This document shows positions 1 to 13,294 of a stretch of DNA of 64,000 nt, in pieces. Under the pieces are notes generated by a model. It made no database searches, was not told the DNA's origin, and was given only the letters and a program-made list of their open reading frames with translations. Origin of the DNA: an uncultured delta proteobacterium (GTDB lineage Bacteria; Desulfobacterota; Desulfuromonadia; Desulfuromonadales; JACZKF01); the NCBI GenBank assembly GCA_963816395.1, contig CAWFKQ010000004.1, positions 1 to 64,000 of the forward strand, read 5' to 3'. The position numbers and the translations under genes are program-made. The first letter of the stretch is position 1; each line of letters starts with the position of its first letter.

Positions 1-152
1 AAGCCACAGGGGCATATGGGGACGGTTTTCGATTTCATTTTTCAGATCAGTAGGTTACAACAATATTTTTTTTGAATGTAATTCAAGGAGTAAATGCCAG
101 GGGGATCCTTCTCGGTTGATAACATAAAATTTTTTATGATTTTAATGAGGCG

Positions 153-284
153 CGGCTGTGGCGCGGCAACTGGGACAACATCATCCCGTTCTTCCAGTTT
201 CCGCCGGAGATCCGCAAGGTGATCTACACGATCAATGCCACCGAATCGCTGAACATGAGCCTGCGCAAGCTGCCGCGTAACCGG
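153..284 (+). pseudogene. IS256-family transposase fragment
   Basis: Manual translation RLWRGNWDNIIPFFQFPPEIRKVIYTINATESLNMSLRK matches the IS256/Mutator C-terminal motif; no start codon or element ends. Confidence 0.8.
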
Positions 285-295
285 GCGAGGACCGG

Positions 296-838
296 ATGCC
301 CCTCGCGACCTACCGAAAACGGGCATACACAGTGCATTTAGTGTCAGTAAGTGGATTATGGATGACGACCAGGATGGTGGAAACTGGCCAGGAACGCTCC
401 GGCGGCAAGGTCGGTCGCGGCTCGGAGAACAAAGTGCCCTTTATTGCGGCAGTGAAGACCAGTCACGAGGGCCATCCTCTGCGAGCGGTTTTTAGTCGGG
501 TGACGACCTTCAGCAGCCATGACGTTGACCAATGGGCCAAGAGTCATTTGGCACCGACGGCGCTGGTAGTTTCGGACGGCCTGAATTGCTTCGGAGTGGT
601 CACCAATACTGGATGCAGCCACCAGCGAGAGGTGGTCGGGATCAGTACCGACATGGCCTGCTTTGACTGGATCAACACCATGGGCAATACGCGCATTGCT
701 ATCTGGCCGAGTTTCATATCGATTCAACCGGCGGTTCGATCGACGCAGCATGCTACCAAGACTGATTTTCGCCTGTGTCTAATCGGCAAGCGGCCCGAGG
801 CCTGGCTTCGCAAAGCTGAGAATTGGGCCTAATCAGGT
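296..838 (+). pseudogene. IS1595-family transposase remnant
   Basis: GGKxGRGSENKVPFIAAV, VVSDGLNCF and FDWINT motifs; truncated and frameshifted. Confidence 0.75.
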
Positions 839-976
839 TTTATTTTGCTCGCGACAATATTCACCTTTATGTTTGACGAATTTTAATTATCCAGACAAAA
901 TAACGACCCTTATCCCTCCATTTTGTTTTCTCCGTTCCTTGCGGAGAATTATTCACCTATCTCAGGAGGCAGGACT

Positions 977-2139
977 ATGGCAAAATGGCACATTCTGGTT
1001 GTATCAGCCCTTTTCACCACGATGACGCTTGCAGGTTGCGGGGGCGGGGGCGGGGGCGGAAGTAGTTCCGACAATAACCCTTCGCCGCAGGACGGAGTGG
1101 TCAAAACCTCCCTCGATTCCGCTTTCACCTCGGCAAATGCCGCTTCCCAGTCCGGTTCGAGCAATGATTATCTTGCGGCCGCAGACCAGTTCAAGGAAGC
1201 GGCTGCAGCTGTCGGCAGCGACTCCAGCGCCACCATGGCGGAGAAAGATGCCGCCTATTTCTTCAGCGCCTTCTCCCGTCTCATCCTTCTGGCCGACCCC
1301 CATTCCAGTGGTGCGAGTGGGCTGAGCAACCTAGGGGATATCCTGGATGCCTTCGGGGTTGCCGGGGGGGCAGCCCGGGATCAGATGTCCGATCTGATTT
1401 TCCCGGCGACTCTGCCGGATACATCCCCCCAAACCGGCTCCCTTCAAAACTTCCTCTATGACAAATTGGCTACTCAGTTGAAAAGTGCCATTTCCGACCT
1501 CAACCATGTGAGCCCGAAATTCAACAACCGAGACTGGAAAGATGCGGACGGCTCGGTCACCGAATTTGATTACGCCGATGTCCTGATGTTCAAAGGGGCG
1601 GCCCAGGCCCTTTTGGGCAAAATCTACATGCAGCAGGCTTACGACATCGATACGGCAATCGTGGGATGGGAAAATGCCACTTTCGCCGATTTCCTCACTG
1701 CCAACCCGAGCCTCGGCAAGTTGAAAGACGCCAGCAAATTAGCCCAAGCGAAGCTGTACTTTGTCGATTCAGCCGATACCGTCTTTCAGGCCATCGACAA
1801 GATTCAGGCGGAAACGGACGACCAGAGAGACGATTTATCAACTTCTACTCGGAAACCTGCACCTATTCCCAAGCGGATGGCCTGGTATGCACGGAAGATC
1901 CCCAGCAGATGGCGGCTCATATTGCGGATGCCAAGGATGCACTCCAGCAGGTAAAGAATACACTGTCTCAAGGCCGGTGGGTTTTCGAGAACGATCCCAG
2001 CACGACCGCTGACGACGAAACCGTCAATTTGAACAAATTCTTCCAAGGGGTAGATATCCGCTCGGCGGTTGACAACGCCGGCAACGTGACGGATCCAACC
2101 TTTGGCGGAGTGCTGTCAAATTTCGACTTTACTCCTTAA
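977..2139 (+). CDS. Hypothetical lipoprotein, frameshift at ~1835
   Basis: RBS AGGAGG, lipobox LAGC followed by a Gly/Ser linker; the frame continues in ORF 1666..2139 after an apparent single-T loss. Confidence 0.75.
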
Positions 2140-2149
2140 ATCCACGTCT

Positions 2150-2187
2150 GTGGCAGAGGCCGCCGACCTGCGGCCTCTGCCACTTTT
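2150..2187 (+). terminator. Intrinsic terminator-like hairpin
   Basis: GTGGCAGAGGCCGC-6 nt-GCGGCCTCTGCCAC-TTTT right after the stop. Confidence 0.7.
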
Positions 2188-2191
2188 CCAT

Positions 2192-2902
2192 ATGCAACGT
2201 TCCGCCATTTCGACAATACTGCTGCTGCTGATCTTTCTGGGAATAGCCTGGCTGGTTTTTGCGGTGGCTACCGGCGCAAACAAACCGACAGAGGCGGTTG
2301 CTCTGCCGCTTCTCCAGCATCCCATGGACGCGCGCGGGCTGGTTTTTTCGACCTATACCGGTAACCAACTGGTCAGTCGACTTAGAGCCCGACAGATTTT
2401 AGTGCGGCCCCGCCGGTTCTCCATCTTCAGTATAAAATCCATAAACGAACTAGTGGTCGTTGATCCGCTCTTCGAGTCATTTCCCATCCCGGTCACCAGA
2501 CATCGATTCCCTCAGGCTCAAAAAGGTTTGTCGGATCAGCTTTCCGGCTGTCTTTCTGGGCTGTCCGATATGAATGGTCTCGGGCGGATAGCGAGTGGCC
2601 TTCTGATGAACCTGCAAATGGTTTTTCACGACCCCTCTATTTCCATTTCGCGAGTCACAGCCCGGCAGGGTTCGTTGAATTTCCAAAAGAATGAAGTGAT
2701 GCTCCAAGATGTTTTGCTGGAAAGCGCTTCCCGCAAAAAGAAGCTGCATTGTGCGCGTGCCATCTGGTCCAATCAGGAGCAGGCCTTTCTCATTCCAGAG
2801 CAATATTCAATTGAGTCGAGTTCCGGGCGCCATTTCGGAAGCGGTGTCGTGATTGACATGGATTTCACTGTCAAACCGCTTCAAGTGCAGCACCCGAGGT
2901 AA
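2192..2902 (+). CDS. Membrane-anchored hypothetical protein, possibly LptC-like
   Basis: N-terminal TM helix followed by a beta-rich domain; the family assignment is weak. Confidence 0.5.
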   Translation: MQRSAISTILLLLIFLGIAWLVFAVATGANKPTEAVALPLLQHPMDARGLVFSTYTGNQLVSRLRARQILVRPRRFSIFSIKSINELVVVDPLFESFPIPVTRHRFPQAQKGLSDQLSGCLSGLSDMNGLGRIASGLLMNLQMVFHDPSISISRVTARQGSLNFQKNEVMLQDVLLESASRKKKLHCARAIWSNQEQAFLIPEQYSIESSSGRHFGSGVVIDMDFTVKPLQVQHPR

Positions 2903-3144
2903 TTTTCGATATTGTCGTCTCAGGATTCCAGCGAGATGAAAAACATTGTGCTAATCCTCCTGGCATGGAGAATTAGCACAATTTTAACAACCCCCTACTT
3001 GATGGTGCAGATCGCATCCGCCGGAGCACCAGCAGGGCGAGCGTCTCGAAGACGCGGAAGATGTGGTTCATGTTTTCCGATGCGGGGATAGAGTACATTC
3101 TATTTCCACCGGTCAACAAGAAAAATTTCTTTCAATTTTAAATA

Positions 3145-3285
3145 GATGCGGATACCTTCCGGAAACATGAGCGTACCGGCCGGCCACTGGGCCGTGAGTC
3201 TTTTGTGGAAAAACTGGAAGCAGCACTTGGCCGACCACATAGCCGCAAAAAACGGGGCCGAAAAAAAGAGCAGAAGAATAGTTAG
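3145..3285 (+). pseudogene. C-terminal remnant of a REP-associated tyrosine transposase (RAYT-like)
   Basis: Manual translation FRKHERTGRPLGRESFVEKLEAALGR..RKKRGRKK*, typical of a RAYT tail. Confidence 0.65.
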
Positions 3286-3358
3286 CTTGCCGCCCCATAG
3301 CTTGCCGATGCCATGGGGGATCTTGCCGAACTGCGGCGGACTGGCGATGGTGGTCGAG

Positions 3359-3763
3359 ATGTATCTCTTTGATACGGATATCATCACCCATGTCTTTAAG
3401 AAAAGTCCCTCCGAAAAGCTGATGGCCAGATTGTCCGAAGTGCCCCAGGAGGCCCAGCATATTTCGACGATAACCATTTCAGAAATCGTCTACGGTGCCT
3501 GGAAAAGTAACCAGCCAAGCAGCCATCTCGACAATCTTGAGAAGGTACTGCTCCCAGCCGTTAACATCGTCGAGTTTGATGCCAGAGCCGCCTATGTCTG
3601 TGGAGGATTGCGCGCGCAGTTAGAGCGGGAGGGGAAATCCCTGGCACATGCCAACCTGGAGATCGCCTCCATCGCGATCGCCAACGAGCTGACTCTGGTG
3701 AGCGGCAATTTGCTGCATTTCACTCGCGTACAAGAGCTGCAGGTGGAGAATTGGCTGGCATAG
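3359..3763 (+). CDS. vapC: PIN-domain VapC-type toxin
   Basis: MYLFDTDII, ISTITISEIVYG and LEIASIA..LTLVSGN..HF motifs; ends ENWL. Confidence 0.85.
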   Translation: MYLFDTDIITHVFKKSPSEKLMARLSEVPQEAQHISTITISEIVYGAWKSNQPSSHLDNLEKVLLPAVNIVEFDARAAYVCGGLRAQLEREGKSLAHANLEIASIAIANELTLVSGNLLHFTRVQELQVENWLA

Positions 3764-3823
3764 GCCGCCCACAAGAATTCAGGGGAGAGCTGGTCTGACC
3801 CGATATCCCTGCAGGAAGTAACG

Positions 3824-3856
3824 AAAAGGCGAATCGAATGGGATTCGCCTTTTTTC
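3824..3856. terminator. Bidirectional intrinsic terminator
   Basis: AAAAGGCGAATC-loop-GATTCGCCTTTTTTT. Confidence 0.8.
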
Positions 3857-3904
3857 AATTACAATTTGAGGAGTGGGTATAGCGATTGCCCGGGAGGAGG
3901 AAGA

Positions 3905-4090
3905 ATGGCGGAAGAAAGATCCTGCGACAGGCCGGAGGAGCACCACCTGCACCTGTGCGAATTGAAAGCGACAGCCCCCAAGGCCGAGGTGGCCCGGCTC
4001 TGCAGAAACCCGAAATACGTTTGTGCCAACTGCGGCGGACGCACCAACCGGGGGCGGAACCTCTGCCGGCCCAAGCGCCTGAGAACCTGA
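3905..4090 (+). CDS. Small Cys/His-rich putative metal-binding protein
   Basis: RBS GGAGGA; HLC...C..PKYVCANCG...NLC.P. Confidence 0.7.
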   Translation: MAEERSCDRPEEHHLHLCELKATAPKAEVARLCRNPKYVCANCGGRTNRGRNLCRPKRLRT

Positions 4091-4107
4091 ACCTATCCCC
4101 TCAAGCC

Positions 4108-4830
4108 CTAAAGCTGGCCGGCCTTCGGGAAGAGGATATTGTTCTCCAGATGCACATGCTTGTGCAGGTCATCCTCGAATTCCCGGAGTTTCTGATAGGT
4201 GACCAGGTAGGTGTTGCAGGCATCGGCCGGCAGCGCATACCCCTGGGAGAGGCGACGAATGGTGTGCACCGCCTCGCCGACCTCCTCATGTTCCTGGTTG
4301 AGCTTCTGCAGACAGCCCCTGATCGTCTCGACATCCCCGGGCGCCGGTGCGGCGCCACTCTTGGCGGCCGCCTCGAGGCGTTTGACGGCGGGGAAAAGAT
4401 TCTCTTCCTCTTCCCGGAGGTGCGCTGTCAGGTCATCTGCCACCTTGTCGAAAATGCCGGCGATCTGCCCCAGCTCCGGATGCCGCGGACCGTGGACCTC
4501 GGCGATCTTCTGGGCATAGGCGGCAATCTGCCCGGTCTCTTTCTTGATATAGGCGTGGTGGGTATTAACGATGTAATCCGCCAGGAACGAGAGTTCCCAT
4601 TCCGCGTAATTCTCTCTTCGCTCGGCCGGTTCCCTTTTCGCCGCTTCGAGCTCGCGGCTCAGCATCTCGGGATCGACTCCTTGCTCGCTGCAGGCGGCGG
4701 CCAGAGCCAGCTGGCCGCCGCAGCAGAAGTCAATGCCGTATTTGTCGAAAACTTTTGCGGTCCGGTAATCCTCGGCGACGATCTCGCCGATCGTTTTATC
4801 CATGAACCTTGTCGTTGCTTCCATCATCAT
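4108..4830 (-). CDS. ric: Iron-sulfur cluster repair di-iron protein (Ric/YtfE/ScdA); in-frame upstream start possible at 5022
   Basis: GIDFCCGG, HHAY, HxxEEE.LFP, EH, HVHLENNILFP motifs. Confidence 0.95.
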   Translation of the reverse strand: MMMEATTRFMDKTIGEIVAEDYRTAKVFDKYGIDFCCGGQLALAAACSEQGVDPEMLSRELEAAKREPAERRENYAEWELSFLADYIVNTHHAYIKKETGQIAAYAQKIAEVHGPRHPELGQIAGIFDKVADDLTAHLREEEENLFPAVKRLEAAAKSGAAPAPGDVETIRGCLQKLNQEHEEVGEAVHTIRRLSQGYALPADACNTYLVTYQKLREFEDDLHKHVHLENNILFPKAGQL

Positions 4831-5083
4831 TTCCCCTTTGTTCTGAGGTGCCCCCGGGGTGGCAGGGTTGGCGATTTCTTCCAGTATCGGCGCCTGGCGG
4901 TGTAAATGCAACCGGCCCGCCTGCAAGGATCTTTTGCGGCGGGCCCGAAGGCTGAAAAAGAGCCCGGCGCCGGTAAGGGACCAGATGGTGGCGGTCAGGA
5001 CGGTTTCACTGAAGGTAAGCATGGGAACCTCCCAGGGAGGACGGGTATGACTCGAGTGTGCCACTAGCCCTGGGGGATGCACC

Positions 5084-5097
5084 TTGACGTGGGTCAA
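5084..5097. promoter_or_regulatory. Crp/Fnr-family (Fnr/Dnr/HcpR-type) box upstream of ric
   Basis: TTGAC-GTGG-GTCAA with perfect half-site symmetry. Confidence 0.75.
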
Positions 5098-5103
5098 CAA
5101 AAA

Positions 5104-5164
5104 CAGTGAGATAGTAAGTAGTTTACTACCTCACTACTGACTATCTCTTTTCGCTATCTCACTG
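5104..5164. repeat. Intergenic palindrome of AGTGAGAT-type 8-mers
   Basis: CAGTGAGATAG ... CTATCTCACTG perfect 11-bp inverted repeat; relatives at ~53008 and ~60163. Confidence 0.7.
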
Positions 5165-5169
5165 CCTTT

Positions 5170-5550
5170 TCAGCTTCGTACCACTTCGATCCAGTACCCG
5201 TCGGGATCGGCAATGAAGTAAAAGTTCGCCGGCTGGCCGGGCAGCCCCTTGAGCGGCTTGGGGTCGAAGCCCAGCTCCTGGTGGCGCCGGTGCGCCCCTT
5301 CCAGGTCCTTGACCCCCACCGCCAGGTGGGAGTAGCCGTCGCCGATCTGGTAGGGCTCGGTGCGGTCGTGGTTGTGGGTCAACTCCAGCTCGAAGCCGCC
5401 GCCGGGGGCGACCATGTAGGCGAGGGTGAATTTCTGCTCGGGAAAATCCCGCCGCCGGCTCACCTCGAAGTCGAAGGCCTGCCGGTAGAAGTTCTCCGAG
5501 CGCTCCAGGTCCATCACCCGGATGCAGGAATGCAGCATACGGAATTCCAT
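5170..5550 (-). CDS. gloA: Lactoylglutathione lyase (glyoxalase I, VOC family)
   Basis: HSCIRV.DLERS..FY, ELELTHN, GYSHLA, DPDGYWIE. Confidence 0.9.
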   Translation of the reverse strand: MEFRMLHSCIRVMDLERSENFYRQAFDFEVSRRRDFPEQKFTLAYMVAPGGGFELELTHNHDRTEPYQIGDGYSHLAVGVKDLEGAHRRHQELGFDPKPLKGLPGQPANFYFIADPDGYWIEVVRS

Positions 5551-5593
5551 TTTCTTCTCCTTTCGCGAAAAACAGATGACTTTAAATCAGTTA

Positions 5594-5697
5594 CTCACGC
5601 GACGGCGCAACGCCGCAACGAAAATCAAAGACCAGTAAGGGGTCTGGCGCAGAGGTTTCCAGGATCTTACGTCGCGTCGTTGCGTTCGTCGCGTGAG
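5594..5697. repeat. Intergenic palindrome, CTCACGCGACG family
   Basis: CTCACGCGACG...CGTCGCGTGAG ends with internal CGCAACG repeats. Confidence 0.8.
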
Positions 5698-5715
5698 AGC
5701 GCTTTTCAGATTTTC

Positions 5716-5837
5716 AGGCTGAGCAAAAATGTCCAGATGCAAGGCGCCTGAAATCCTGAGGAATAAGGCGTACCTGAAAGGTACGTCGTTGACGAAGGAT
5801 GAAGGCAACGCCGCAGATGGGCGTTTTTCATCAGCCT
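5716..5837. mobile_element. MITE-like non-coding element
   Basis: Imperfect terminal inverted repeats AGGCTGAGCAAAAA / TTTTTCATCAGCCT, 122 bp, internal hairpin CGTACC-TGAAA-GGTACG. Confidence 0.6.
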
Positions 5838-5842
5838 ACACC

Positions 5843-8713
<2,871 letters not shown>

Positions 8714-8949
8714 ACACACCTCCTTTATCCTGGCTGCCTGATTTTAGTCTCTCTAGTTAATCGGAAGTTGACGCGGATTCAAGTCGCCATCTGCGGTCAT
8801 GCTGCCGGAGGAAGGAAATCTGCTCGCCAAGTCTGGGGAGCGGAATGGCAATCCAATGCGAGGAAAATTCACCCGCATTCTGCCGTTTCTGGTAAAATTT
8901 CTGCCGATCGGAATTCCGCTCTCGCATCTCTTGCCCAGGATAGCCTGCC

Positions 8950-9544
8950 ATGCTCGATCCCGTCGAACGGAAAATGCTCTACGCTTTTCTCTCCGTGCTC
9001 TTCCGACATCCCGACGAGCAGACCCTCGCTGCCGCCCAGGGAATTCAGGAGGAGACCTTCGAATCGGTCTTCCCCGGCCTCGCCGCGCCCCCGGCTCCCC
9101 ACCCTCGCAGAACTGCGGGACGGCTACCGGGATCTCTTCACGGATGCCGACGGCGCCGCGCCGGCGCCTCCCTACGGCTCGGCTTATCTGGAGAAGCCCG
9201 GCAGCACCGGCTATTCCAGCCGGCTGGTCGCCAATCTCTACGCCAGCGCCGGCCTGGGCACGGAGCAGTCGCCGGAGGCGCCCGACTATCTCCCTACCGA
9301 ACTGGAATTCCTCTACTATCTCACCGAGGGTGAGCAGCAAAGCCGCGAACAGGAAACCGAAACTCCACCCCATCGTTGGGTGGCCAGCCAGGCCGACTTC
9401 TTCCACAACTTCTTCGCCCCCTGGGTTATCCCCTTCTGCGACCGGATCACCGGCAGCGCTCAAGCCTATCCCTTCTATCGATGGGCCGCCGAGTTGCTGC
9501 GGCGGTTCGTGGAGATGGAGGGGGAGCGGCTGAAGGCGGAATAG
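8950..9544 (+). CDS. TorD/DmsD-family molybdoenzyme chaperone, frameshift at ~9100
   Basis: Y.DLF, PPYGSAYL and E.PDYL.TELEFL motifs; N-terminus in ORF 8950, C-terminus in ORF ending at 9544. Confidence 0.8.
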
Positions 9545-9644
9545 CGGCCCCGGCAGGGGCGGTCAGGGCGACCTGTGCCGGGAGGAAAGGCAGGCAACTC
9601 CGCGCCGCCCCGGTGTCATCGCAGGCCGCGGCGCAGCTTTTATC

Positions 9645-10017
9645 TCACAGGCCGAACTTGGTCGCGATCCGGCCGCCGTAGTGGCGGAAGGCCTCATTGG
9701 TCCGGTTCTTCTCCGCCAGAATCTCGTAATGCAGGGAAACCAGGGCCAGGCGCCGGCGCAGGACAGGTTTTTTCCTCCTCGTCCGGGCAGCTCCGGAGCA
9801 GATCCCCGAGAGTCAGCATCTCACGCCGCAGCTCAAGTTCCTGCGGCAGACAGCCGGCATTCTTGAGGATCTTGTACCCCATGCGCAGTTCTTCAGGTAC
9901 CCCGCAGGCGTCGTCTTGGGGGAGTGGCTGGCCCTTGCCGGGCAGGTCGTCGAAGGCGCCGTTGTCCATCGCCTCGCGGATTTTGCGTTCGGCAATCAGT
10001 TCGAAAATATCACTCAT
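9645..10017 (-). CDS. DUF1992-domain protein, frameshift at ~9765
   Basis: IAERKIREAM..GAFDDLPGKGQPL, PEELRMGYKILKNAG. Confidence 0.8.
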
Positions 10018-10263
10018 ATTCACATCCGTTTATTTGGAAATCCGGTCCGCCGGGGGAGTAGAAGAAGGCCGCAAACCCCGGCGTCGCTTCTATCTGCCAA
10101 TATTTTCCCTCCGGCTGCCGACCTCGTCAATCGGATAGGAGGGGGCTTTCTGTCTGTGCAGAATCTGCTGCCGCCGAGAAAATCTTCCCGGCGGGAGATT
10201 GCCGGGAAAGGCCGGCGGTGTAGAGTAGGAGGGTGCAGTGCGGGCGGAGAATGGAGGTTGAGA

Positions 10264-10683
10264 ATGGGACATTCTTATCGGAGCTGGCGCTTGCCGGCTG
10301 CCCTTATCCTGGCCAGCCTGATGCTTCTGGCAAGCTGTGCCGGGCCCCGGGCCGTCTACCGGGTCCCGGCGGGGGCGGAGGAGAAGACGGTGCGCATGAC
10401 CGCCACCAATTTCGATTTCGAGCCGGAGGAAATCAAGGCCCGGCAGGGGGAGGTATTAATCCTGCAGGTGAAGAGCCGCTCGGGAACGGAGCACAACCTG
10501 ACCATCCTCGACCCGGATGGCCGCAAGGTCATCGACGTGGACCTGCCCCCCGAGATCACCACCGAGGTGCGCCTGCCGCTGACCGAGGCGGGGACCTATC
10601 GCTTCCACTGCAACAAATTCATGCACGCCACCCTCGGCATGCGGGGGCGGATCGAGGCGGCGCTCCCGGCTGGGAGGCCATGA
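10264..10683 (+). CDS. Cupredoxin-domain lipoprotein
   Basis: Lipobox LASC; FEPEEI, EHN, GTYRFHC..MH...GMRG type-1 copper ligands. Confidence 0.85.
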   Translation: MGHSYRSWRLPAALILASLMLLASCAGPRAVYRVPAGAEEKTVRMTATNFDFEPEEIKARQGEVLILQVKSRSGTEHNLTILDPDGRKVIDVDLPPEITTEVRLPLTEAGTYRFHCNKFMHATLGMRGRIEAALPAGRP

Positions 10684-10709
10684 CGGCAACGCCGCCGAAA
10701 CAATTTCTA

Positions 10710-10918
10710 CCGCAGATGAACGCAGATTAAACCTGTAGAGAATTCAAGGTCTTGACTCTGGTTTCATCTGTGTGCATCCGCCTTTATCTGTGTTCGAAAT
10801 AAGGACTTTAGGCGTGAGGCTTTAATTGAAACAGATAACTGCGGATAAAGGCGGATAGGGCAAAAGAATTGAAGGTGCATTAGTATTTGCTTTGCATAAA
10901 GTCTGCGTTTATCTGCGG
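10710..10918. repeat. Double intergenic palindrome of CGCAGATGAA-type 10-mers
   Basis: CCGCAGATGAACGCAGA versus TCTGCGTTTATCTGCGG (16/17), plus an internal second pair. Confidence 0.8.
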
Positions 10919-10945
10919 ATGAAGAAAAAAACGACGGCGGCGGGC

Positions 10946-12481
10946 TCAATTCCCGTTTCCGCCGCGGATGACCAGGTGGCGCCGCGGCTCTTTGCCGGTG
11001 CTCTCCGCCAGCAGGCCGCGGCCGGCGATGATACGGTGCTGCATCCGGCGCAGGGCCGGCGGGCGCGGGGTCAGGGAAACCTCGACTCTCTCGGCGAGAG
11101 CCAGCTCAATAGCCGCTTCCGTCTCCGCCACCATCTCGTGCAGCTCCTCCTCCCCCTCAATCCCCTCCAGGACATGAAAGGTCCGTTCCAGCAGCCGGCG
11201 CATCTCATTGGCCGTGTTGCGCTTGATGAAATGCAGTGAGGCGCCGCTTCCTTCCATGATCCGCCGCAGGCGCAGATCGTCGCTGCGGGCGCGCAGCGCC
11301 ACGACCAGGTCGGCCTGCTCCGGCCCGCCGACGGTGCGGGCGTTGAGGCGCAGGCTGCGGATCACCCGCTCCAGGAGGTCGCGGGAGAGGGCATAGGGGT
11401 AGATGCGGGCCGGGCCGCGGGGCGCCGCCCCCGCTGCCGTCGGCAGCGGCGGGCGTTCGGACTCGCCGGCGGCCGGCTGCACGTGGATCTGGCCGTCGGC
11501 GCCCTGCTCGCGCCGCTCGCCGCGGGGAGCGCTGCCGCGCAGGAGGGTGTCGACGGCGGCGGCGGTGTCCGGGTGGACGATCACCTCGTCCCGGTCCACC
11601 ATCTCTACCACGATCTCGAAGGTCGGGGGCGCGCGGCGCTCGCTGACCGTCTTGGTGGTGCGCCGGCGCCGCGCCTCCTCATCGCTCAGGGTCACCACCT
11701 GGACGCCCCCCACCAGGTCGGAGAGGGTGGGGTTCTTGACCAGGTTCTCCAGGGTGTTGCCGTGCGCGGTGCCGATCAGCTGCACCCCGCGCTCGGCGAT
11801 GGTGCGGGCCGCGGCCGCCTCCGCCTCGGTGCCGATCTCGTCGACGATGATCACCTCGGGCATGTGGTTCTCCACCGCCTCGATCATCACCGCGTGCTGG
11901 GAATTGGCATGCGGCACCTGCATGCGCCGGGCGCCGCCGATCCCCGGGTGCGGGATGTCGCCGTCGCCGGCGATCTCGTTGGAGGTGTCGATGACGATCA
12001 CCCGCTTGTGCAGGTCGTCGGCGAGGACCCGCGCCATCTCCCGCAGCTTGGTGGTCTTGCCGACCCCCGGCCGTCCCAGGATCAGCAGGCTCTGGCCGGT
12101 TTCGATCAGGTCGCGCAGCAGCTCGATGCCGCCGAACACCGCCCGTCCGACCCGGAGCGTGAGGCCGACGATCTGCCCCTTGCGGTTGCGGATGGCGGAG
12201 ATGCGATGCAGGGTCCGCTCGATGCCGGCCCGGTTGTCCCGGCTGAATTCCCCCACCAGGGCCGTGACGTGGGTCAGGTCCTCCTGGCTGACCGGCTGGT
12301 CGGACAGCTGCACCACGGCGTCGGGGAAGCGCGCCTCGGGAACCCGCCCCAGGTCCATCACCACTTCGAGCAGCCGGTCCAGCTCCACCTGGAGCAGCGC
12401 CGTCTGCAGCTCCGCCGGCAGGGCGGCGACCAGGAGGAGAATATCCTCCCCGGGCGAGGCTTTTTTCCTGCTGTCCTTCAT
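10946..12481 (-). CDS. SpoIIIAA/Ycf45-like AAA ATPase with C-terminal R3H domain
   Basis: [39 protein letters not shown]. Confidence 0.9.
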   Translation of the reverse strand: MKDSRKKASPGEDILLLVAALPAELQTALLQVELDRLLEVVMDLGRVPEARFPDAVVQLSDQPVSQEDLTHVTALVGEFSRDNRAGIERTLHRISAIRNRKGQIVGLTLRVGRAVFGGIELLRDLIETGQSLLILGRPGVGKTTKLREMARVLADDLHKRVIVIDTSNEIAGDGDIPHPGIGGARRMQVPHANSQHAVMIEAVENHMPEVIIVDEIGTEAEAAAARTIAERGVQLIGTAHGNTLENLVKNPTLSDLVGGVQVVTLSDEEARRRRTTKTVSERRAPPTFEIVVEMVDRDEVIVHPDTAAAVDTLLRGSAPRGERREQGADGQIHVQPAAGESERPPLPTAAGAAPRGPARIYPYALSRDLLERVIRSLRLNARTVGGPEQADLVVALRARSDDLRLRRIMEGSGASLHFIKRNTANEMRRLLERTFHVLEGIEGEEELHEMVAETEAAIELALAERVEVSLTPRPPALRRMQHRIIAGRGLLAESTGKEPRRHLVIRGGNGN

Positions 12482-12585
12482 GCCTGACCCTCCTGGCGAT
12501 GGCGGCGGGCGCGAGCCATCGTCAGGGCAATTATACCGCGCCCGGTTTGTCGGAAAACGCCAGTACCGGGGACCGCAGGATGCGT

Positions 12586-13167
12586 TTAGTAACTTTCGAT
12601 GATCTGCCGGCGGCGGAAGCAGTCGAGGGTATGGTCGTTGACCATGCCGACCGCCTGCATGTGGGCGTAGCAGATGGTGGAGCCGACGAATTTGAAGCCG
12701 CGCCCGCGCAGGTCGCGGCTCAGGGCGTCGGACTCGGGGGAGGTCGCGGGGTAATCGGCCAGGGTGCGCAGCTCATGCACGATCGGCCGGCCGTCGACGA
12801 AGCGCCAGAGGTACGCAGCGAAGCTGCCGAATTCCTCCTGCACCGCGAGGAAGCGGCCGGCGTTGTGGACCGCCGCCTCGATCTTGGCCCGGTTGCGGAT
12901 CAGGCCGGCGTTCTGCAGCAGGGCGGCAATCTTCCGCTCGTCGTAACGGGCGACCTTCTCCGGCTCGAAGCCGTCGAAGGCGGGCCGGTAATGCTCGCGT
13001 TTGCGCAGTACCGTGTACCAGCTGAGTCCCGCCTGGGCCGCTTCCAGGGTGAGGAATTCGAAGAGGAGCCGGTCGTCGCGCACCGGCATGCCCCATTCGC
13101 GGTCGTGATAGGCGACGTAATCGGGTTTGCTCAGATCGACCCAGGGACAGCGGCAAGGCTCCGTCAT
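12586..13167 (-). CDS. tag: DNA-3-methyladenine glycosylase I
   Basis: [34 protein letters not shown]...C. Confidence 0.95.
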   Translation of the reverse strand: MTEPCRCPWVDLSKPDYVAYHDREWGMPVRDDRLLFEFLTLEAAQAGLSWYTVLRKREHYRPAFDGFEPEKVARYDERKIAALLQNAGLIRNRAKIEAAVHNAGRFLAVQEEFGSFAAYLWRFVDGRPIVHELRTLADYPATSPESDALSRDLRGRGFKFVGSTICYAHMQAVGMVNDHTLDCFRRRQIIESY

Positions 13168-13294
13168 CTTTCTTCCCTCTCCGGTCAGCGTCTTTCCGGT
13201 TCGTTGCAGATTTGGCGGGTAACCGGCAATAAGATTAGCGCGGGGAGGGGAATAAGGGAAGAAGAACAAAACCGGTCCGCCATGTTGAGGCGCT

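Noticed and set aside
2947..2982. CIRCE element
   Set aside because: Half-site orientation and spacing differ from TTAGCACTC-N9-GAGTGCTAA
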